DNA of 32,000 nucleotides, taken from contig CP025011.1 of the NCBI GenBank assembly GCA_002952755.1, positions 900,001-932,000 on the forward strand, given 5' to 3'. Positions 22,345 to 30,665 of this stretch are shown piece by piece; the stretch's first letter is position 1, and each line of letters opens with the position of its first letter. Below the pieces are notes generated by a model. It did no database searches. It was given only the letters and a program-made list of their open reading frames with translations, and was not told the DNA's origin. A program made the position numbers and the translations under genes. The stretch comes from Candidatus Saccharimonadota bacterium. GTDB lineage: Bacteria > Patescibacteriota > Saccharimonadia > Saccharimonadales > UBA4665.

Positions 22345-23031
22345 ATGACAACAACGATTTGTCCAACAATCACTGCCCAAAATACCGCCGAATACAACCA
22401 GCAGATGGAACGCGTCGCTCCCTTTGCTACTCGCGTGCATATTGATGTGGCCGACGGTATTTTTACGCCCGTCAAGCTAATCCCGCTCGATACCATTTGG
22501 TGGCCCGGCGGCGTCCGTGCCGATATTCATGTCATGTACAAGCAGCCTTTTAAGCACGCTAAGTTACTGCTCAACTTGCGGCCACAGCTCATTATTGTGC
22601 ACGCCGAGGCCGAAGGTGATTTCATCGCCTTCGCTGAAGAGGCTCATAAAGCGGGCGTTGAGGTAGGCGTAGCACTGAAGCCTGAAAGCACGCCAGAGCT
22701 CATCCGGCCAGCCCTGGATTGGATCGATTACGTCCTGATATTTTCGGGTGATCTTGGGCGCTTTGGAGGCCAAGCCAATACACATCTTTTAGGTAAAGCG
22801 TTACACCTCAAACAGCTCAAGCCAGGGCTCGAGATTGGCTGGGACGGTGGTATTAACAACCAAAATGCTGCGCTTCTGGCGGCCGGGGGTGTTGATGTGC
22901 TCAATGTCGGTGGTTTTATTCACCATGCGCTCGATCCGGAAGGCGCCTATCACGCCCTGCAAAAACAGGTGAAGGCTCACTTCGAAAAACCACTCGATCG
23001 TAGCAATCAGCTCCCCAGAAAGCAGCTATAA
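22345..23031 (+). CDS. rpe: ribulose-phosphate 3-epimerase family protein
   Basis: The ICPTI..., VHIDVADGIFTP and GWDGGIN pattern fits an RPE-type TIM barrel. Divergent from the canonical HxDVMDGHFVPN motif. Confidence 0.75.
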   Translation: MTTTICPTITAQNTAEYNQQMERVAPFATRVHIDVADGIFTPVKLIPLDTIWWPGGVRADIHVMYKQPFKHAKLLLNLRPQLIIVHAEAEGDFIAFAEEAHKAGVEVGVALKPESTPELIRPALDWIDYVLIFSGDLGRFGGQANTHLLGKALHLKQLKPGLEIGWDGGINNQNAALLAAGGVDVLNVGGFIHHALDPEGAYHALQKQVKAHFEKPLDRSNQLPRKQL

Positions 23032-23104
23032 GTATCACATTCTACGAACCCGCAGGTATGCTATCATCTAGAGAACATAACCGTAGCGGTATGGAGGGAG
23101 CGAC

Positions 23105-23962
23105 ATGAGGCAGTTATTTTCGATCGAAGCCCTAGAGCTGAAAGCTAACGACATACGGCGTGACATCATTAAAATGCTCGAACAGGCGGGCAGTGGGCAC
23201 CCGGGCGGCTCGCTTGGCCAGGCTGACATTTTTACGGCACTCTATTTCAACATTCTCAAGCATGATCCACAAAATCCCGACTGGGACGAACGGGATATCT
23301 TAGTGCAAAGCAACGGTCATACGTGTCCCGTACGTTACGCCGCCATGGCGCACGCTGGTTATTTTCCCCGCAGCGAGTTGCTTACGTTGCGGCAATTCGG
23401 TTCGCGGCTACAAGGCCATCCGGAACGCACTCGCTTGCCTGGGCTCGAAACTACCAGCGGGCCTTTAGGCAGTGGCCTGAGCCAAGCTGCCGGGATGGCA
23501 CTGGCGCTGCGTATGAACAATCAGCAGCACCGCTGGGTGTACGTTACTACCGGCGACGGCGAATTGAACGAAGGCAACATTTGGGAAGCGGTGATGCTTA
23601 TCGGCAAATACAAGCTTACCAACCTCATTGCCATTGTCGACCGCAACAATATTCAGATTGACGGCCCCACTGAGGTAGTGATGCCGCTCGAAGATCTGCG
23701 CGCCAAGTGGGAAGCCTTTGGCTGGCATGTGCTAGAAATCGACGGCAACGACATTGAGGCGGTAATTGACGCTGCTGGCATGGCTAAGGCTATTGTCGAG
23801 AAACCTGTGGTCATTATTGCCCACACCATTCCAGGCAAGGGCGTCGACTTTATGGAGTACGACTTCCACTGGCATGGTGTTGCGCCAAATCATGAGCAGG
23901 CAAAGATCGCTCTCAAAGAAATCCATACGCTGCAAGGCAAAATCAGAAGCGAAGGAGAATAG
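23105..23962 (+). CDS. transketolase, N-terminal (TPP-binding) subunit
   Basis: GSGHPGGSLG and TTGDGELNEGNIWEA. GGAGGGAG lies upstream of the ATG. Split-gene form, with its stop directly abutting the next ATG. Confidence 0.9.
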   Translation: MRQLFSIEALELKANDIRRDIIKMLEQAGSGHPGGSLGQADIFTALYFNILKHDPQNPDWDERDILVQSNGHTCPVRYAAMAHAGYFPRSELLTLRQFGSRLQGHPERTRLPGLETTSGPLGSGLSQAAGMALALRMNNQQHRWVYVTTGDGELNEGNIWEAVMLIGKYKLTNLIAIVDRNNIQIDGPTEVVMPLEDLRAKWEAFGWHVLEIDGNDIEAVIDAAGMAKAIVEKPVVIIAHTIPGKGVDFMEYDFHWHGVAPNHEQAKIALKEIHTLQGKIRSEGE

Positions 23963-24943
23963 ATGAGCGACATGCACTTGATTCAGGGCATCCGTGCAAA
24001 AGATATCAGGTCAGAGCCCATTCGCGCTGGCTTTGGGCGTGGTTTAGTCGAAGCTGCCCGCCGTTCTGAAGACGTTGTCGGTATCTGCGCCGACCTTACT
24101 GACAGCACCAAGATGGGTGATTTTGCCAAGGCCTTCCCTGAGCGCTTTATCGAGGCCGGCATTGCCGAGCAGAATATCGCAACTGTGGGCGCCGGCTTAG
24201 CCGCCTTGGGCAAAGTACCATTCGTTACCAGCTATGCCGCTTTTAGCCCGGGGCGTAACTGGGAACAGATCCGTACTACCGCCTGCCTTAACGACCGCCC
24301 TGTCAAATTCGTCGGTTCTCACGCCGGTCTCAGCGTGGGGCCAGACGGCGCAACTCACCAAGTACTCGAAGACATCGCCCTTATGCGCGTCATGCCCAAC
24401 ATGAAGGTCTTTGCTCCCTGCGATTCGGTAGAGGCCGAAAAGATCACCTTGGCCATGGCTACCGATCCGCAGCCAAACTATATGCGCTTGGCCCGGGAAG
24501 CCACGCCAATCATTACCACCGGAAAAACACCATTCGAAATCGGCAAAGCCCAAATCTTCCATGAAGGGTCGGACCTCACAATAATCGCCACTGGCACCAT
24601 GACCTACCACGCACTTATAGCTGCCGATATGCTCAAAAAGGACAATATTCATGCCGAAGTCATTCACGTAGCCACTATCAAACCGTTGGATGAAAAGACC
24701 ATTCTTGCCAGCATCAAGAAGACCGGCCTTGTGCTGACGGCCGAGGAAGGCCAGATTGCCGGTGGGCTTGGCGGTGCCATTGCCGAATTGACGGCAGAGA
24801 AATATCCGATACTCATGCGCCGCATTGGTATGAAAGATCATTTCGGCGAATCCGGTGATCCGAGTGAGCTATTTGAACATTTCGGCCTCACTGCCACCCA
24901 CATCGCACTTGTAGCGCACCAACTGCTCGAGAAAAAGCGTTAG
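23963..24943 (+). CDS. transketolase, C-terminal (pyrimidine-binding) subunit
   Basis: ERFIEAGIAEQN and GPDGATHQVLEDIALMR. GAAGGAG lies upstream of the ATG. Confidence 0.9.
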   Translation: MSDMHLIQGIRAKDIRSEPIRAGFGRGLVEAARRSEDVVGICADLTDSTKMGDFAKAFPERFIEAGIAEQNIATVGAGLAALGKVPFVTSYAAFSPGRNWEQIRTTACLNDRPVKFVGSHAGLSVGPDGATHQVLEDIALMRVMPNMKVFAPCDSVEAEKITLAMATDPQPNYMRLAREATPIITTGKTPFEIGKAQIFHEGSDLTIIATGTMTYHALIAADMLKKDNIHAEVIHVATIKPLDEKTILASIKKTGLVLTAEEGQIAGGLGGAIAELTAEKYPILMRRIGMKDHFGESGDPSELFEHFGLTATHIALVAHQLLEKKR

Positions 24944-24969
24944 GCACCGCCAACCATAAGCTCTATACT
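24941..24969 (+). promoter_or_regulatory. candidate promoter TAGGCA-N17-TATACT placed 7 nt before the fba ATG (leaderless-type)
   Basis: TAGGCA 24941-24946, TATACT 24964-24969, ATG 24977. Confidence 0.4.
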
Positions 24970-24976
24970 AGTGTGT

Positions 24977-26035
24977 ATGGATACAGTAGAACTTGAGAAG
25001 ATTGCCAAAAAAATGGTAACGCCCGGCAAAGGACTATTAGCTGCCGACGAAAGCAACGCCAGCTGCCAGAAACGATTCGATGCTGTGCATGTGCCCTGCA
25101 CTGAAAAAACCCGGCGCGAATATCGCGGGCTTCTTGTCACTACCCCCGGAGCAGAAAAATTCTTAAGCGGCGTCATCTTTTATGATGAAACCTTCTGGCA
25201 GGCAACTAACACTGGCCAGGTCTTCCGTGAGTACCTCAAAAATCATGATGTTTTGCCAGGTATTAAGGTAGATGCCGGACTGGTTGACTTGCCGGGCTTT
25301 CCAGGCGAGAAAGTAACTCAGGGGCTGGATGGCTTGCCCGAACGACTAGCCACTTACCGCGCGGCAGGCGCCCGTTTCGCCAAATGGCGGGCTGCAATCG
25401 CGATCGGCGATGGCATCCCGACAGACGAATGCATCGGCGCCAATACTCTCTCGCTGGCACGTTACGCACGTCTGTGCCAAGACGCTGGTATCGTGCCGAT
25501 GGTCGAGCCAGAGGTACTATTCGATGGCAACCATACTATTGAACAGTGCGAGCAAGTACTCGGCCACGTGCTCGATACTCTTTTCCAAACCATGCGCGCT
25601 TTCCGCGTGCATCTGCCTGGAGCAATTCTTAAGACGAGTATGGTACTGCCGGGCAAGGATAGCGGCACCCCGATTGACCACGACGATGTTGCTGAGCGCA
25701 CCATTCGCGTCTTCCGCGAGCATGTACCTGAAGAGCTAGGCGGCATTGTCTTCTTAAGCGGCGGCCAAACCAGCAGCGATGCCTTTGCCGACCTCAACCA
25801 AATTATTCAGCGCATCAATGAGAGTGGACCGCACCCCTGGAACATCACCTTTTCCTACTCCCGCGCATTACAAGACCCGGTGCTCAAAGCTTGGGCCGCC
25901 AACCGCAACGCAGTACACCAAACACAAGACATCTTCTATCGCCAACTAGAATTAGCCGCCAGCGCCAGCAAAGGCGAGCTCGATGAATCTTCACTAGATA
26001 GCGACGGCTTCGTCTCCCACGCCCAAGATCTTTAA
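24977..26035 (+). CDS. fba: class I fructose-bisphosphate aldolase
   Basis: GKGLLAADESN and ILKTSMVLPG (Schiff-base Lys region) are class I FBA signatures. ATG 24977 is preferred over GTG 24971. Confidence 0.9.
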   Translation: MDTVELEKIAKKMVTPGKGLLAADESNASCQKRFDAVHVPCTEKTRREYRGLLVTTPGAEKFLSGVIFYDETFWQATNTGQVFREYLKNHDVLPGIKVDAGLVDLPGFPGEKVTQGLDGLPERLATYRAAGARFAKWRAAIAIGDGIPTDECIGANTLSLARYARLCQDAGIVPMVEPEVLFDGNHTIEQCEQVLGHVLDTLFQTMRAFRVHLPGAILKTSMVLPGKDSGTPIDHDDVAERTIRVFREHVPEELGGIVFLSGGQTSSDAFADLNQIIQRINESGPHPWNITFSYSRALQDPVLKAWAANRNAVHQTQDIFYRQLELAASASKGELDESSLDSDGFVSHAQDL

Positions 26036-26064
26036 AAGACTTAGGAAGCCGGTCTTACTCATCG

Positions 26065-26667
26065 TTAGTAAGGAAGACTACTTGGCGTGTCACCCGTTGG
26101 ATCTGTTAAACTTATATCTAAAGGGAGAGGCAGGCAATTCTCGCATGCTGCGTCTGTAGTTAACATTTTCATCTCCGTCAGCGACATACCGTCTCTGGCT
26201 TCCGAGCGGAACGGCTTCAGCAGGGCGGTTGCAAAGAGAGCTCTCTGCAACCCCCTTTGGCGTAAACCGCAAAAAGATCCTTCCAAGTCTACTATCGTAG
26301 GCTCGAGGGTCGAACTGCCAATAACATGAACAAGCTCTTCATATGGTATCTGCGATGGCTCTTCGCTTGCCACCTCGCTGGCATTAAAGAGGTAGGGGGA
26401 CGCGCCGTTGACTCTATCAGGCGCAAACCAATCCCAGGGAGCGTGCCGCATCGTTTGATGCCAATTAGATTGACGCGCAATGACCAATCCCGGCACCGGA
26501 ATGTCACGCCCGCTGCGTTCTTGTAAATAGGATCGTATTGTCTCTAGATTAGTACCATTCAACGTTAAACCAGCGACTCGTTGCTCCTTCGCCGCAGCAA
26601 ACGACGCCGGGGTCATAAACCAGGGCATTTCTCCTCGTTGCACCCGACTATTCTCGCCATGGCTCAT
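26065..26667 (-). CDS. hypothetical protein (200 aa)
   Basis: Clean ORF convergent with fba. No recognisable motif. Confidence 0.55.
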   Translation of the reverse strand: MSHGENSRVQRGEMPWFMTPASFAAAKEQRVAGLTLNGTNLETIRSYLQERSGRDIPVPGLVIARQSNWHQTMRHAPWDWFAPDRVNGASPYLFNASEVASEEPSQIPYEELVHVIGSSTLEPTIVDLEGSFCGLRQRGLQRALFATALLKPFRSEARDGMSLTEMKMLTTDAACENCLPLPLDISLTDPTGDTPSSLPY

Positions 26668-26770
26668 ATAAACGAACTATCTCATAACAGGCCGAGGACA
26701 GCAAGTTTGAATTTTAGCGGTAGGCGTGACACAATAGAGTAAACATAAGTATTTTAGAGAAAGAGGGGGC

Positions 26771-27772
26771 ATGCACGACTTCGACGTCATCAGTATTGGC
26801 GATATCGTAACCGACGCGTTTATCAAACTAATCGGCGAAGATGCACGTGTTGTTGACGACGATCAAGGCAACAAATGGCTGGCCATGCAATTTGGCACCA
26901 AGCTTCCATATGACCATGCCGAAATTGTCGAAGGGGTAGGTAATGCCGCCAATGGTGCCGTTGCTTTCGCCCGTCTTGGCCTCAAAACCGGATTCGTGAC
27001 TAATGTCGGTGGTGACCAAGAGGGTCGGGATATGATTATGGCGCTCGGGAAAAACAAAGTGGACACCCGTTTTGTACGCATTAACCCGCAAAAGAAAAGC
27101 AATTATCACTATGTGCTGTGGTATAAAGAAGAGCGCACCATCCTTATCCGGCACGAAGAATACGATTACCACTGGCCACACATGCGGCCCGATGAAATAC
27201 CGCGCTGGGTATATTTTAGCTCTATTAGCAAGCACGCGTTGCCCTATCACGACCAAGTGGCCGACTGGCTGGAGGCCAACCCATCGGTCCATCTCGCCCT
27301 CCAGCCTGGCACCTTTCAAATGGAAGCCGGAACTCACCGCTTAGCCCGACTCTATAAACGGTGCTCTGTGCTGATTCTAAACCGCGAAGAAGCGGTAACG
27401 GTTGGTGGCGGTAAGCACGAAGACATACATGATCTATTCGATCACCTGCACAAACTCGGGCCGAAAGTGGTTGTTATTACCGATGGTCCTAAAGGAGCCT
27501 ACGCCAGCGACGGCCAGCAACGACTCAAGATGCCGCTGTATCCCGACCCAGCTCCACCTGTCGACCGCACTGGCGCAGGTGACGCTTTCGCCTCGACTTT
27601 TGTAGCTGCGGCAGCTAAGGGGCTCTCGTTACATGACGCACTACGCTGGGCACCAATTAACTCGATGAGTGTTGTGCAAAAGGTAGGTGCACAAGCAGGA
27701 CTACTTAAAGAAAAAGAACTGCTGGAGTGGTTGCATAAGGCGCCAAAAAGCTACGAGCCAAAACCACTGTAG
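26771..27772 (+). CDS. PfkB-family carbohydrate kinase (ribokinase-like fold), substrate unknown
   Basis: N-terminal VISIGDIVTDAF and the C-terminal DRTGAGDAFASTFVAA anion-hole/catalytic motif. Confidence 0.85.
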   Translation: MHDFDVISIGDIVTDAFIKLIGEDARVVDDDQGNKWLAMQFGTKLPYDHAEIVEGVGNAANGAVAFARLGLKTGFVTNVGGDQEGRDMIMALGKNKVDTRFVRINPQKKSNYHYVLWYKEERTILIRHEEYDYHWPHMRPDEIPRWVYFSSISKHALPYHDQVADWLEANPSVHLALQPGTFQMEAGTHRLARLYKRCSVLILNREEAVTVGGGKHEDIHDLFDHLHKLGPKVVVITDGPKGAYASDGQQRLKMPLYPDPAPPVDRTGAGDAFASTFVAAAAKGLSLHDALRWAPINSMSVVQKVGAQAGLLKEKELLEWLHKAPKSYEPKPL

Positions 27773-27867
27773 ATAATCACCGCCCATCCTAAAATATTGC
27801 GGTCAGTTTGTACGTGGGGCAATCTTTTCCTCCTTAAAAACCGTACATAGTATGCTAACGTATACCC

Positions 27868-28434
27868 ATGTCAGACCTTTCTGGACGTTTAGCAACCTTT
27901 GATACCATGCTCGACATATCTGCCAATAGATTAGAGATCGTCGATCCAGATTACTTTGCCATTCGGCCTGCCTTGGAGCTGGAAGCTTACCATCAACTTA
28001 GAGAACTGACATCTAAACTTGGGTCTTTGACGCTCCACCGACTGACGGGTGCTGCAAATCACAAACAACTGACAGCCGTGAGAGCGATGTTGAGTTTTGG
28101 CTATGACAACGGGGAAGGCGAACTACGGTGCATAGCATGGCCTCGATCCGAGGCATCGCCACCAGATGCATATCACAATGAAATAGCAGAGGAATTCATA
28201 CAAATTGCAGGTGACGCGAACTTTGTTGGCGCTCACCCTGATTCTATACCCGGTTTGATCATACGGGGCCCTAACCGCCAAGCTTTTATCGGCGGCACAT
28301 ATGATCTGCCCGACCCGCATAAGCTTGCGATCGCTAGCTCAGCCCGGGCGACCCCCTCCGTTGGATACAGCATCATCGACTGGGATGATCCCACTGCAAA
28401 CTTTACCCTCGCTGGGCAGGACATATCGAGATAG
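27868..28434 (+). CDS. hypothetical protein (188 aa)
   Basis: Clean ORF with no recognisable motif. Several AGA codons by eye. Confidence 0.55.
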   Translation: MSDLSGRLATFDTMLDISANRLEIVDPDYFAIRPALELEAYHQLRELTSKLGSLTLHRLTGAANHKQLTAVRAMLSFGYDNGEGELRCIAWPRSEASPPDAYHNEIAEEFIQIAGDANFVGAHPDSIPGLIIRGPNRQAFIGGTYDLPDPHKLAIASSARATPSVGYSIIDWDDPTANFTLAGQDISR

Positions 28435-28466
28435 CAGCGCAGGCAAACCAGCTCCTAAATGCTATA

Positions 28467-29678
28467 ATGGCCTACAAGATGAAGCTAAAATTAAACGTCC
28501 AGGCATGGCTTCGGGCAAACTGGCGCACGCTGACTATGTTTGGGGTAATGCTCGTCGGTTTTGGCTGGATGCTGTACTGGCAATTACAGCCGCTCACCAA
28601 TGGATATAGTGCAAACGAGCTGCAAACCATGCGGGCTAGCTCCAGCCTTACATACATTTTTCATCATCCTATCAATGCGCCTTTCACTTTACTGGCGCAT
28701 GCCCTTCTGCTTCTAGACAACCATCTCTTGATGCTTCGCCTGACATCCGTGATATTTGGTCTTACGACTATCAGTATCTTTTTTTGGCTGGTACGACATT
28801 GGCATGACGAGCGGAGCGCTTTTTTAGGGACACTAGTTTTCGGTACATCAGCATGGTTTGTCCACGGGGCACGGCTCGGCACTCCCGACGTGCTACTCCT
28901 GCTACTTTTGGCATTAGTAGCCTGTGGCACCTGGCTAAAACAAAGACCTAGGGCGGTACCACTATTTGCTTGTTTTATCCTGGCAGCGGGTCTGGCATAC
29001 GTACCTGGTATGATATGGTTCATTGCCGCTGGGGTCGTGTGGCGATGGAAAACCATAGATAAAATATTTAACAAGCAGCTGTGGATGGTGAGCCTTGGAG
29101 CATTGCTCCTGTTGGTCACACTCGCCCCGCTTGGCTGGGCAATCTATAAAACGCCGCACATAGCTAAAGAATTGGTGGGCCTCCCGCTCAATGGTTGGCC
29201 ACAAGTCTTACCTACGATCCGCTCGATAGTAGAGGTGCCAGTATATATCTTTTTGCGTGGACCATTCGCTCCAGAACACTGGGTCGGTCGGGTGCCGCTG
29301 CTTGATGCGTTTAGCGTGGCAATGTGCTGTATCGGTGCCTATCTATATGCGCGCCACTTCAAATTAGCCAGAGCCAAGGCGACTCTGACAATTCTAGCGA
29401 TAGGCACAATACTGTCTGGACTCGGCGGAGCAGTATCGCTCACCCTCTTGGTACCATTCTTATATCTGCTAGTGGCCACGGGCATTGGCTTCATGCTCGA
29501 TAGATGGTGGGTAGTGTTTCCGCGCAACGTGATCGCGCAGGGAATTGGCTTGGGGCTTGTAGGTCTTGCCGTATTGGTCAGCTGTTGGTATTCGCTAACG
29601 GCGTATTTTGTGGTCTGGCCCAATACCCCCACCACCAAGGCAATTTTCGTCGTCTCATCTGATACAATAAAGAAGTAA
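28467..29678 (+). CDS. polytopic membrane protein, putative GT-C fold glycosyltransferase (family 39 / PMT_2 / ArnT-like)
   Basis: About 10 hydrophobic helices. The first loop, YSANELQTMRASSSLTYIFHHPINAPF, resembles the DE...HPPL loop of GT39 enzymes. An alternative start at ATG 28479 is favoured by the extended -10 TGCTATAAT at 28460-28468, which overlaps ATG 28467. Confidence 0.6.
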   Translation: MAYKMKLKLNVQAWLRANWRTLTMFGVMLVGFGWMLYWQLQPLTNGYSANELQTMRASSSLTYIFHHPINAPFTLLAHALLLLDNHLLMLRLTSVIFGLTTISIFFWLVRHWHDERSAFLGTLVFGTSAWFVHGARLGTPDVLLLLLLALVACGTWLKQRPRAVPLFACFILAAGLAYVPGMIWFIAAGVVWRWKTIDKIFNKQLWMVSLGALLLLVTLAPLGWAIYKTPHIAKELVGLPLNGWPQVLPTIRSIVEVPVYIFLRGPFAPEHWVGRVPLLDAFSVAMCCIGAYLYARHFKLARAKATLTILAIGTILSGLGGAVSLTLLVPFLYLLVATGIGFMLDRWWVVFPRNVIAQGIGLGLVGLAVLVSCWYSLTAYFVVWPNTPTTKAIFVVSSDTIKK

Positions 29679-29691
29679 CAGGAGTTTAGGA

Positions 29692-29985
29692 ATGAGTCGT
29701 TTCGATCAAGCTAAGATGCTATTAAAGGTCAAGAAGTTACAAAAAGAGTTACAAAGACAAATCATCACCATTGTAAAAGGTGATGGTGCGGTCAAGGTTG
29801 AAATCACCGGCGATCAGAAAATTAAAAAGATCTCCATCGACCCATCGTTTGTCGATCTGAAGGATATCGGACAGCTCGAGCGCTGGCTGGAAGATGCTAT
29901 CAAAGAAGCAATTAGCGCCAGTCAAAAACTGGCCGCCGAAAAGATGCAACCCATGATGGGCATCCTCGGCGATCTCGGCATGTAA
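29692..29985 (+). CDS. ybaB: YbaB/EbfC family nucleoid-associated protein
   Basis: MLLKVKKLQKELQ...VEITGDQKIKKISIDPS...LEDAIKEAI matches the family in size and pattern. AGGAG lies 7 nt upstream of the ATG. Confidence 0.9.
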   Translation: MSRFDQAKMLLKVKKLQKELQRQIITIVKGDGAVKVEITGDQKIKKISIDPSFVDLKDIGQLERWLEDAIKEAISASQKLAAEKMQPMMGILGDLGM

Positions 29986-30003
29986 AACTCGAGAGTAAAC
30001 AGC

Positions 30004-30609
30004 ATGTCCATTCTTCCGCCCGCGCTCACTGATGTTATTGAGGCGCTCGGCACGCTGCCCGGTGTTGGGCCGCGCACTGCCGAACGTTATGCGTATTATT
30101 TGGTGCGCAACGACTCAACCAAAGCTCAAAAGTTAGCAAGCGCGCTCCAGGATATGCACGCAGGTGTAGGGTACTGCAAAAAGACCTACGCACTCGTGCC
30201 GGCAGGACAGGAGTTGTCTGATCTATACACCGACCCCAGACGCGACAAAACGCTAGTGGCAGTGGTGGCAGAACCATTCGATATCGTCGCGCTTGAAAAA
30301 ACGGCTAGCTTTAATGGCACCTACCATGTGCTGGGCGGCCTGGTTTCCCCCATTGATGGTGTGGGGCCGGAAAGCTTACGCATTGCCGAGCTCATCCAAC
30401 GAATCGACGACGACGGGGTGCAGGAGATTATCCTCGCTACCAACGCCAGTGTAGAAGGCGAATCAACTGCGCTCTATATCCAAAAACAAATTGGCGACCG
30501 GCCAGTGCAAGTCACTCGCCTAGCGCGTGGGCTACCGATAGGCGTCGACCTGGAATACGCTGACCAAATCACGCTCACCCGGGCACTCGAAGGACGCCAA
30601 ACGCTCTAG
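30004..30609 (+). CDS. recR: recombination protein RecR (zinc-finger cysteines not conserved)
   Basis: LPGVGPRTAERYAYYL (HhH) and EIILATNASVEGESTALYI (Toprim). The usual CxxC...CxxC segment reads YCKKTYALVPAGQELSDLYTDPRRD. Confidence 0.9.
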   Translation: MSILPPALTDVIEALGTLPGVGPRTAERYAYYLVRNDSTKAQKLASALQDMHAGVGYCKKTYALVPAGQELSDLYTDPRRDKTLVAVVAEPFDIVALEKTASFNGTYHVLGGLVSPIDGVGPESLRIAELIQRIDDDGVQEIILATNASVEGESTALYIQKQIGDRPVQVTRLARGLPIGVDLEYADQITLTRALEGRQTL

Positions 30610-30665
30610 TCGTACCGAACCCGCGGGAACCCCGGCCAAAGACAGTCCGGTGATATACTGACTTT

